Origin: a virus
Taxonomy: Duplodnaviria; Caudoviricetes
Direction: 5' to 3' (one strand)
DNA: 24,956 nt
Virus record (IMG/VR): IMGVR_UViG_3300044695_005728
Coordinates: 1 to 24,956 of that record
Position numbers and translations under genes: made by a program. Positions 15,934-23,528 of the stretch are shown here, piece by piece. The notes under the pieces were generated by a model. The model was not told the DNA's origin. It saw nothing but the letters and a program-made list of their open reading frames with translations, and made no database searches. Position 1 is the stretch's first letter. The number at the start of each line of letters is the position of its first letter.

Positions 15934-16448
15934 TTTTTTTTTAGGTCAAATTCTTCTGTCTCAGATTCAAGCTCTTCGTAGTCATCATCTTCCATCATAT
16001 TTGAAACAATTATAATCTGATCTTCTTCATTCTCAATATGGGTTTCATGTGGAAAGTAATCTAGTTGATCCATAAACATATTCCAAAATTTAACATCTTC
16101 AACAAGCTGTGGATCTGATTCAGTTGTGTAGTAAATAAGATGCTTGCCACTTGGAGCTATGTCTCTAATATTGCCCATTGTATATCTTTTACTCCACTGT
16201 CCATCTTCATCTTGCATAGGCTCTGTTTCCATTAGAGCTTGTTCCAATGCAGCTAAGTCAATTTCCTTTAACTTTTCTTCAGCTGTAATGACGGCATAGC
16301 TAGAATCTGTTTTTCCTTTTTCTTTCATAGCTTTTCTTTGAATTTCTAAAGCAATAGCTACTGCTTGCTTTTGTGGATATCCATCTTTAATTAGCTGACC
16401 AATATTATTTTGTAGCGTTTTATCAGAATAACCTTTTCTTAGTGGCAT
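15921..16448 (-). CDS. Phage protein with an N-terminal MPL.KG...GYPQKQAVAIAL basic module (DUF6496-like) and an acidic middle region
   Basis: SD AAGGAG; N-terminal motif common in small phage proteins; ends LKKKTSD* just past the slippery A9G run. Confidence 0.75.
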   Translation of the reverse strand: MPLRKGYSDKTLQNNIGQLIKDGYPQKQAVAIALEIQRKAMKEKGKTDSSYAVITAEEKLKEIDLAALEQALMETEPMQDEDGQWSKRYTMGNIRDIAPSGKHLIYYTTESDPQLVEDVKFWNMFMDQLDYFPHETHIENEEDQIIIVSNMMEDDDYEELESETEEFDLKKKTSD

Positions 16449-16460
16449 TATACTCTCTCC

Positions 16461-17429
16461 TTAATTAAAAATAAAGTCCTCATCTTTAATAGAATCTATG
16501 ATAGCCATTTTATAAGAATTGCCCTTCATTGAGAAAAAATCATGTGATTTTGATGTTGTACTGAGTCCATTAAGAACTACAGAGTTAATTTCTTCTCCTT
16601 CTGGAAAAATAGCATCAAATCCTAGATTTTGAAGAGCTTTATTAGCGTTATATCTTATGAACTTTTTAACATCATGAGTTAGTCCAATCTGATCGTATAT
16701 ATCTTGACTGTATTGAACTTCATTGTGATAAAGAGTACTCACTAGATATTCAGTCCATTTTTTTAGTTCTAGTTTTTTAATATCTGTCTGACTGTTATAA
16801 ATTTCTTGAGCTAAGAGTCCTACATAGACTCCGTGAATAGATTCATCTCTAATAATCAAATTAATGATTTCACCACTCTGCATTAACTTACCCTGACCAT
16901 AGCATAAAAGTGGATAATAAAAGCCACTGTAAAACAAGAAGCTTTCTAGTAAGACAGATGCAACCATAGCTTGATAAAGTGATACGTCATCATTATCTTT
17001 AATATCTTTATAAAGAGAAGTGATAATCTGTGCTTTATTTTGTAGGTATTTGTTCTGTTCAACCCAAGCAAATAGAGCCTGAATCTCTTCTTTAGTTGCT
17101 AGAGTCATAAAAATGTTGGAATATGATTTTGCATGAACGGCATTCTCCATCATTCCCATAAAGTTTAAAACAGCTTTTCTTTGATGACCCTTAACGTGAT
17201 TCATAATTAAAGGCATTCCTAGATTACCCTGCTCTGTATCGAGCAGAGTTAATCCAGCTAGGGCTTTCTTATAAACTTCCTTTTCTTGATGACTCATTGA
17301 CTTCCAAGTGAGAAGATCTCCATTTAAGCTAATCTCTTCTGGTAGCCAAAACTGACGTATATTTTGTTCATAAAATATTTGTGTAAAATTATCGTCTTTC
17401 TGTGCCCAATTTGCAGCAGTGTGCAACAT
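16461..17429 (-). CDS. nrdF: Class Ib ribonucleotide reductase beta subunit
   Basis: [28 protein letters not shown] (metal ligands and radical Tyr), [17 protein letters not shown] and HDFFS; very Bacillus-like. Start reassigned to ATG 17429 after AGGAGG (MLHTAANW...); the track's start at 17534 lies inside nrdE. Confidence 0.97.
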   Translation of the reverse strand: MLHTAANWAQKDDNFTQIFYEQNIRQFWLPEEISLNGDLLTWKSMSHQEKEVYKKALAGLTLLDTEQGNLGMPLIMNHVKGHQRKAVLNFMGMMENAVHAKSYSNIFMTLATKEEIQALFAWVEQNKYLQNKAQIITSLYKDIKDNDDVSLYQAMVASVLLESFLFYSGFYYPLLCYGQGKLMQSGEIINLIIRDESIHGVYVGLLAQEIYNSQTDIKKLELKKWTEYLVSTLYHNEVQYSQDIYDQIGLTHDVKKFIRYNANKALQNLGFDAIFPEGEEINSVVLNGLSTTSKSHDFFSMKGNSYKMAIIDSIKDEDFIFN

Positions 17430-17439
17430 ATTTTTCCTC

Positions 17440-19533
17440 CTATACCGAACAAGATAAACAATCTTCTTGGGTAGTATCTTTTGTTCTTGCGTAATAAAGT
17501 GTCTTAATGCCCTTATGGTGAGCATATAAATCAATTCTTGATAAATCCCTTGTTGACATTTTATCTGTCAAGAATAGAGTAAAACTAATGCCCTGATCGA
17601 CGTGTTGCTGAACAGTAGAAATCATATCTATAACATCAAACATATTCATATAATAAGCTTCTGTAAAAAAGAACCATGTTTTAGAATTCAAATAAGGCAT
17701 TGGATAATATGTTTTTGAGTTACCATAGGTACGTTGTTCTATCTTTTCCATTATAGGCATAACAGAAGCAGTAGCAGATTGAACATAGGATATGGAGCCT
17801 GTTGGAGCAATAGCTAATCTATAACTGTGATACAATCCATACTCTTTAACTTGTTCGGCTAGATGAGCCCAGTCTGCAGGAGTAGGAATACTCATTCCTT
17901 CAAATAGCTTTTTAACCTTGTCAAAGGCAGGAGAGAAATCAGTATTTATATATTTTTCAAAGTATTGTCCTGTCGCATAGGTGGACTGCTCGAACCCATG
18001 ATATCTTTCTCCTGTGCTTTTTGCTATTTCATTTGAGCGAATAAGAGAATAGTAGTTCATCATCATAAAGAATGTATTTGCAAAGTCTCGGCCTACTTCA
18101 CTCTGATATTGGATTTGATTCTTGGCAAGATATCCATGTAGATTCATTGCGCCCAGTCCAATAGATCTCATCATTTTATTAGCACGAGCAACAGCAGGAG
18201 CATTTTTAATATTGGTTTTATTAGTGACAGTTGTGAGAGCATCTACTGCTAGTTTTACAGCTCGCTCTATAGATTTATTTTCCATAACATTCACTATGTT
18301 GATCGAGCCTAGATTACAAGAAATATCCATTCCTACATCATCAGTCTGACCATAGTCTGCATATTGAGATACTTTTGATACTTGCAAAATTTCTGAACAC
18401 AAATTACTAAACTTGACTTTCGAGATACTGTTATTTGCATGAACTCGATTAACGTTATCTTCAAACATTAAATATGGATATCCACTTTCATATCTCATTA
18501 CTGCCAGTTTTTCTAATAGCTTACGAGCATTAACTTTATCTTTTCTGACCTCTGGATTATCTACTAACTGGTCATACATCTCTGTAATGCTCATATCATC
18601 TAGATGAACCCCATATTGCTTGTATACTGTATATGGATAAAAGATATACATATCTTTATCTTCACGAGCTAGCTCAATAAACTTATCAGGAATTACGACT
18701 CCGATAGATAGTGTTTTTACTCGAACATCATCATCAGCTTGAATTTTTTTAGTATCAAGAAAATCATTTATGTCTGCATGAAATATATTCAGATAGGCAG
18801 CTCCGCTACCCTGTCTTTGTCCCATTTGATCTGCATATCTAAAAGCATTATCTAAAAGCTTCATAACTCCGACTACACCTTTAGTTGCATTTTTAATGCC
18901 CTTAATAGGCTCACCCTTAGCTCTAATCTTGGAAAGATTTAATCCTACACCTCCACCAACTTTAGAAAGCTGCATAGACATATCTAGGGCTTTTGAAATA
19001 TCATTGAGGGTATCATTAACTTCAAGAAGAAAACAAGATACTAGTTCTCCTCCTCTAGCTCTTCCAGCATTTAGCATGGTGGGAGTAGCGGGTTGGAACT
19101 CTTGATTAATAAGAACCTCAACTAATCCCTGTGCTCGCTCAAAATCTCCATCTCCTAGAAACAAAGCTACTATAGAGACCCTATCCTCATATCTTTCTAA
19201 TATCTTCTTCTTGTCATCAGTTTTAAGTGCATAGTCGTTATAAAATTTAAACGCACTCATATAAGAGGGAAATCTAAACTTCTTTGCGTATGCCAATTTG
19301 AATATTGATTTGATTTGTGAAAAAGTATACTTATCCAAGAACTCCCTACTATAATATTCATTTTCAATTAGATAATCAAGCTTTTCTTTCAAGTCATGAA
19401 AGAAGACAGTATTCTGATTTATATTATCAATGAAATACCTCTTAACTGCCTCCTGATCTTTTTCAAATTGATATTGACCATCTTTTTGAACCATTATTTC
19501 ATTATTAAGTTCTATGTACTTTGGAATCGACAA
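17440..19533 (-). CDS. nrdE: Class Ib ribonucleotide reductase alpha subunit
   Basis: [44 protein letters not shown] and C-terminal CLSC; TTG start after GAGGAGG; no ATP cone. Confidence 0.98.
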   Translation of the reverse strand: MSIPKYIELNNEIMVQKDGQYQFEKDQEAVKRYFIDNINQNTVFFHDLKEKLDYLIENEYYSREFLDKYTFSQIKSIFKLAYAKKFRFPSYMSAFKFYNDYALKTDDKKKILERYEDRVSIVALFLGDGDFERAQGLVEVLINQEFQPATPTMLNAGRARGGELVSCFLLEVNDTLNDISKALDMSMQLSKVGGGVGLNLSKIRAKGEPIKGIKNATKGVVGVMKLLDNAFRYADQMGQRQGSGAAYLNIFHADINDFLDTKKIQADDDVRVKTLSIGVVIPDKFIELAREDKDMYIFYPYTVYKQYGVHLDDMSITEMYDQLVDNPEVRKDKVNARKLLEKLAVMRYESGYPYLMFEDNVNRVHANNSISKVKFSNLCSEILQVSKVSQYADYGQTDDVGMDISCNLGSINIVNVMENKSIERAVKLAVDALTTVTNKTNIKNAPAVARANKMMRSIGLGAMNLHGYLAKNQIQYQSEVGRDFANTFFMMMNYYSLIRSNEIAKSTGERYHGFEQSTYATGQYFEKYINTDFSPAFDKVKKLFEGMSIPTPADWAHLAEQVKEYGLYHSYRLAIAPTGSISYVQSATASVMPIMEKIEQRTYGNSKTYYPMPYLNSKTWFFFTEAYYMNMFDVIDMISTVQQHVDQGISFTLFLTDKMSTRDLSRIDLYAHHKGIKTLYYARTKDTTQEDCLSCSV

Positions 19534-19879
19534 CAGCCTTAACCTCCTCTTTAAACCTATTTATATCTTGTTCAGTGCCACTTAACTCAAATGTCATTAA
19601 AAGAGGAACTTGAAATTGAACAGATATTGTCTTGCCAGCCTGACCATAAGACAATCCCCAGTTTCTATTTCCACTTACAGCAACACCCTGTATATACTTT
19701 GAGTTTCCCATTAAGAAAGATGTGGTTGAATATGGGACTCTTCCAAATCCCGCCGTATAGGTAATTAAAATATAGGGCTCATCGATTTGGAGATATTGAT
19801 TAATTTTGATATTTTTCATATTTAATTTAGACACAAATCGCTCAACATTACCAGTCAATGAGTCGTATACTATTAACAT
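19505..19879 (-). CDS. nrdI: Flavodoxin-like RNR assembly protein NrdI
   Basis: YDSLTGNVERF, TYTAGFG, GVAVSGNRNWG and FELSGT; directly upstream of nrdE. Confidence 0.96.
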   Translation of the reverse strand: MLIVYDSLTGNVERFVSKLNMKNIKINQYLQIDEPYILITYTAGFGRVPYSTTSFLMGNSKYIQGVAVSGNRNWGLSYGQAGKTISVQFQVPLLMTFELSGTEQDINRFKEEVKAVVDSKVHRT

Positions 19880-19890
19880 CTACTTACTCC

Positions 19891-20823
19891 TTAATTATAT
19901 TTATTATACCACTCTATAGTCTTTTTTATTCCTTCGATGAGTTCAGTTTTATATTTCCAACCAAATCCATTTATCCTAGAAACATCTAAAAGTTTTCTGG
20001 GAGTTCCATCTGGTTGAGAGCTGTCCCATATAATTGATCCATCGAATCCAACAAGATTTTTAATGGTTTCTGATAGCTCTTTGATTGTTATATCTTTTCC
20101 AGTTCCAACATTCAAAATAGCTGAATCATTGTAGTTATTCATGGCCCATACAGCAGCATCTGCTAAATCATCTACAAATAAAAATTCTCTATATGGTGAT
20201 CCAGTTCCCCAACACTTAACACTATCTAAATTGTTTTTCTTTGCAAAAATAAACTTTGAAATTAAAGCTGGTAAAACATGCCCACTATCAATATCAAAGT
20301 TATCATTTATCCCATATAGATTAGTTGGCATCAACGAGATTGCATTAAAACCATATTGTTCATTATATTTCTGACACATTTCAATCCCAGCAATTTTAGC
20401 AATAGCATATGCTGAATTTGTGGGCTCAAGCAATCCAGACATCAGAGAAGATTCTTTTATAGGTTGCTCTGAAAATTTTGGATATATACATGAGGATCCT
20501 AAAAATAATAACTTATTACAATTATTTCTATAAGCACTATCAATAATATTAGTTTGTATTAGTATATTCTCTCTTAAAAAGTCTGCTTGGAATCTGGAGT
20601 TTGCTCCTATGCCACCAACTTTTGCTGCAGCAAGAAATACAAACTTTGGCTTTTCTTCATTAAAGAACTTTCTAACCTTGTATTGATCTGTTAGATCTAG
20701 CTCTTCTCTAGTTTTTTTTAATATATTAAAATATCCATCAGACTCTAATTTTCTGACAACTGCAGACCCCACTAATCCTCTGTGCCCAGCAACATAAATC
20801 TTAGAATCCTTCTTCATTTTCAC
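19891..20823 (-). CDS. fcl: GDP-L-fucose synthase (GDP-4-keto-6-deoxymannose epimerase/reductase)
   Basis: [53 protein letters not shown] and DGTPRKLLD. Confidence 0.96.
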   Translation of the reverse strand: MKMKKDSKIYVAGHRGLVGSAVVRKLESDGYFNILKKTREELDLTDQYKVRKFFNEEKPKFVFLAAAKVGGIGANSRFQADFLRENILIQTNIIDSAYRNNCNKLLFLGSSCIYPKFSEQPIKESSLMSGLLEPTNSAYAIAKIAGIEMCQKYNEQYGFNAISLMPTNLYGINDNFDIDSGHVLPALISKFIFAKKNNLDSVKCWGTGSPYREFLFVDDLADAAVWAMNNYNDSAILNVGTGKDITIKELSETIKNLVGFDGSIIWDSSQPDGTPRKLLDVSRINGFGWKYKTELIEGIKKTIEWYNKYN

Positions 20824-21814
20824 ACATATCCTTCACTAATTCTTTAAAAGTGTGTTTTGGAGTCCACCCTAAAATATTCTTAGCTTTACTAGCATCTCCT
20901 AATAATGACTCTACTTCAGCAGGTCTAAAATATTTAGAGCTTACTTTTATTACTGTGCGACCTGTAAGTGTATCGACTCCCGCTTCATCAACGCCTTCAC
21001 CATGCCATTCAATGCTCATTCCAAAAAAAGGAGCTGCTTCATTTATAAAATCTTTTACAGAGTACTGTTCTCCTGTGGCTATAACAAAGTCGTCTGGTTC
21101 TGGCTGCTGCAGCATTAGCCACATTGCCTCCACAAAGTCTTTAGCATGGCCCCAGTCACGTCGAGCATTAAGGTTGCCCAAATATAAACATTCTTGTTTA
21201 CCTTCTGCTATTGCTTTTAATCCCATTGTAATTTTTCTAGTTACAAATGTTTCGCCTCTTCTAGGGGACTCATGATTAAAAAGAATGCCTGTACATGCAT
21301 ACATTCCATAAGACTCACGATAGTTTTTTGTAATCCAATATCCATAGATTTTTGCAACTCCATAAGGAGATCGTGGATAGAAGGGTGTTGTTTCACGCTG
21401 TGGAGTTTCTTGGACTAAACCAAATAGTTCTGACGTTGATGCTTGGTATATACGAACTTGACTTTCAAGTCCTAAAATTCTTACAGCCTCTAATATTCTA
21501 AGAGGTCCTAGCGCATCAACCTGTCCAGTGTACTCTGGTATTTCAAAAGAAACTTTAACATGACTTTGAGCTCCAAGATTATATATTTCTTGAGGCTGAA
21601 TGTCCTGTATTGTTTTTATCAGACTACTAAAGTCTGTTAAGTCGCCATGGTGAAGTTTCAAGTTTGAATTATTATATAAATGGTCAATTCTTTTGGTATT
21701 TATAGAAGATGATCTTCTAATGATACCATGAACTTCATATCCTTTTTCTAAAAGAAGCTCAGCAAGATAAGAACCATCTTGTCCAGTTATTCCAGTAATT
21801 AGGGCCTTCTTCAT
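20801..21814 (-). CDS. gmd: GDP-mannose 4,6-dehydratase
   Basis: [63 protein letters not shown] and FRPAEV. Confidence 0.98.
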   Translation of the reverse strand: MKKALITGITGQDGSYLAELLLEKGYEVHGIIRRSSSINTKRIDHLYNNSNLKLHHGDLTDFSSLIKTIQDIQPQEIYNLGAQSHVKVSFEIPEYTGQVDALGPLRILEAVRILGLESQVRIYQASTSELFGLVQETPQRETTPFYPRSPYGVAKIYGYWITKNYRESYGMYACTGILFNHESPRRGETFVTRKITMGLKAIAEGKQECLYLGNLNARRDWGHAKDFVEAMWLMLQQPEPDDFVIATGEQYSVKDFINEAAPFFGMSIEWHGEGVDEAGVDTLTGRTVIKVSSKYFRPAEVESLLGDASKAKNILGWTPKHTFKELVKDMCENEEGF

Positions 21815-21858
21815 TTGTTCCTCCTCATTCTCAAGTAGAAATTATATCTTATTATAAT

Positions 21859-21887
21859 ATTATAATATATTATGATAAATCTGTCAA
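21859..21887 (-). promoter_or_regulatory. SigA consensus promoter upstream of gmd
   Basis: TTGACA-gatttatcataatatat-TATAAT, 17-nt spacer; the -35 box lies in the last codons of the upstream ORF. Confidence 0.8.
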
Positions 21888-22559
21888 TCTTCCACCGTCG
21901 AAAACTAAGTCTTTAGAGTAGTCAATTTTTGAATTTATAGATGCTGGATATATTGGAATATCTTGTTCATCATATCCATTGCCACAGAAACAATATGGAT
22001 TTATCAATCTTTTTCTTGTCTCAGAAAACCAGCCTTCATTTAAAGAATGAAGCATCACGCTGTCAATAACTTGTGGAAAAATAAAATCTCTTAAGAAAAA
22101 CTGGTCACTTAAATAAAATTTATTTTGTAAAGCATGTAGTTTCATAATTTCATATGTACTACTATTAAATTTTCCTTTATATCCAAAAAGGCCAGCCATA
22201 ATAGGATATTCATAGTGGGCATCATGATCTTTTATATTATGAAATAGCTTATCACTAACTAACCATTCTTGAACTGCTAAATACTCTCTTAGAGATATTC
22301 TATCATCTGAATCTCTAATAATAGTTATATTATTTTCACTTTCAAACAAAGGTTCAAATCTCCAAAAAACACCATAAAGATTATTTTTAACCTCAACTAA
22401 TTGAATGTCTTTTTCAAGATCTTTAAAATTATCAATATTATCAACATATAATCTTATTGTCCAGTTGTCATAATATTTTTTAGCTAATTCAATTTGTCGT
22501 TTAGCTCCCACTATATACCTATTATTATTTCCAAAAACACTCATTGAAATTATATTCAT
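21870..22559 (-). CDS. Putative glycosyltransferase-like protein (viral/eukaryote-shared family)
   Basis: IISMSVFG...YIVGA, FWRFEP, IIRDSDDR (DxD), FHNIKDH..H, IMAGLFG and DQFFL. Start reassigned to ATG 22559 (AGGTG ctata ATG). GT activity is inferred from the DxD motif and gene context. Confidence 0.6.
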   Translation of the reverse strand: MNIISMSVFGNNNRYIVGAKRQIELAKKYYDNWTIRLYVDNIDNFKDLEKDIQLVEVKNNLYGVFWRFEPLFESENNITIIRDSDDRISLREYLAVQEWLVSDKLFHNIKDHDAHYEYPIMAGLFGYKGKFNSSTYEIMKLHALQNKFYLSDQFFLRDFIFPQVIDSVMLHSLNEGWFSETRKRLINPYCFCGNGYDEQDIPIYPASINSKIDYSKDLVFDGGRLTDLS

Positions 22560-22567
22560 TATAGCAC

Positions 22568-22936
22568 CTACAAACATTCGATTATATTATATTTTAATCC
22601 ACTATCTCTTTCTACGTTCAAGGCAATAGCTGTTTTTAGTCCAGTGGGTTTTATGTCATTTATAACAATTCTTTCTCCAAGTGGGGCATCAAAAATTATT
22701 AAGCTATAGATAATATTATTTAATGAAAGAAACTCTTCTGTTATTTTTCTATATTTTTCTTTTCTTGCTGTTATAAATATTATAAAATCATTTTTAGATA
22801 ATTTATTCAAAAAATTTTTAGCCTCTGGTAATAAAGAATCATATCCATCTTTCATGTATCCAGCATGTTTTAATACTGTTCCATCTAAGTCAATAATCCA
22901 AGTTTTATTTAATGTAGAAACTTTTATACTATCCAT
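22568..22936 (-). CDS. Small capless HAD-superfamily phosphatase
   Basis: Motif I WIIDLDGTV, motif II FITAR, C-terminal IVIND; 122 aa. Confidence 0.8.
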   Translation of the reverse strand: MDSIKVSTLNKTWIIDLDGTVLKHAGYMKDGYDSLLPEAKNFLNKLSKNDFIIFITARKEKYRKITEEFLSLNNIIYSLIIFDAPLGERIVINDIKPTGLKTAIALNVERDSGLKYNIIECL

Positions 22937-22937
22937 A

Positions 22938-23528
22938 TCAATCTAACCCCATATCTAAAATTTTTCCTATATGCCCACCAGGGTGATTTCCTCTAAAGAT
23001 ATCTATTGAAATATCTAAATCATCTAGTAATCTCATAGCCAATCCTTGTAAAACTAACAAAAAACTTATACTAGAATTATTAGGTATTAAATTCCACCTA
23101 TCTCCTTCAGAATCTAAATTCATTATAATCTTATCATTTATTAAGCTAGAAAGAGTGCTACTTTCATTAAAACTGAGTAGCCAAATTTTAATATTTCTTT
23201 TTTTTAAGAAATGATATAAGTAAACCGACTCTATTGTTTCACCACTTTTTGTTAACATTAAAACGACATCTCCATTTTTAATACTACCAAGATCTCCATG
23301 TACAGCAGAGTTTGTGTTTAAAAAATAAGAAGATATACCGATCGATGTTAGGGTTCCAATAAACTTTTCGCATATAGATTCATTTTTACCTAGCCCTGTC
23401 GCTATTATAGACTTATTATCTTTTATAGCATTAACACAATCTAAGATTAAACTATCAAATTTTAAATAATCAATACTATCAATTACCCCTGTCATACTAC
23501 TTATTTGACTCTGAAAAATATCTTTCAT
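22938..23528 (-). CDS. SIS-domain sugar-phosphate isomerase, KpsF/GutQ (arabinose-5-phosphate isomerase)-like, without CBS domains
   Basis: TGLGKN, HGDLG, KSGET, NLIPNNSS and C-terminal HPGGHIG parallel KdsD/KpsF motifs. Likely start is ATG 23528 or 23534 after AAGGGG. Confidence 0.82.
   Translation of the reverse strand: MKDIFQSQISSMTGVIDSIDYLKFDSLILDCVNAIKDNKSIIATGLGKNESICEKFIGTLTSIGISSYFLNTNSAVHGDLGSIKNGDVVLMLTKSGETIESVYLYHFLKKRNIKIWLLSFNESSTLSSLINDKIIMNLDSEGDRWNLIPNNSSISFLLVLQGLAMRLLDDLDISIDIFRGNHPGGHIGKILDMGLD

Noticed and set aside
17430-17534. N-terminal extension of NrdF given by the ORF track
   Set aside because: It overlaps the conserved nrdE C-terminus; the SD and family-typical start are at 17429.
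2070-19533. Inteins or group I introns in dnaE, dnaB, nrdE or nrdF (common insertion targets)
   Set aside because: The ORFs are continuous and of ordinary length, with no intein splice-junction or homing-endonuclease motifs seen.
19903-19911. TGGTATAAT extended -10 element upstream of nrdI
   Set aside because: There is no -35 box, and the sequence encodes the E-W-Y-N end typical of Fcl proteins, so it may be coincidental. Kept only as an alternative hypothesis.
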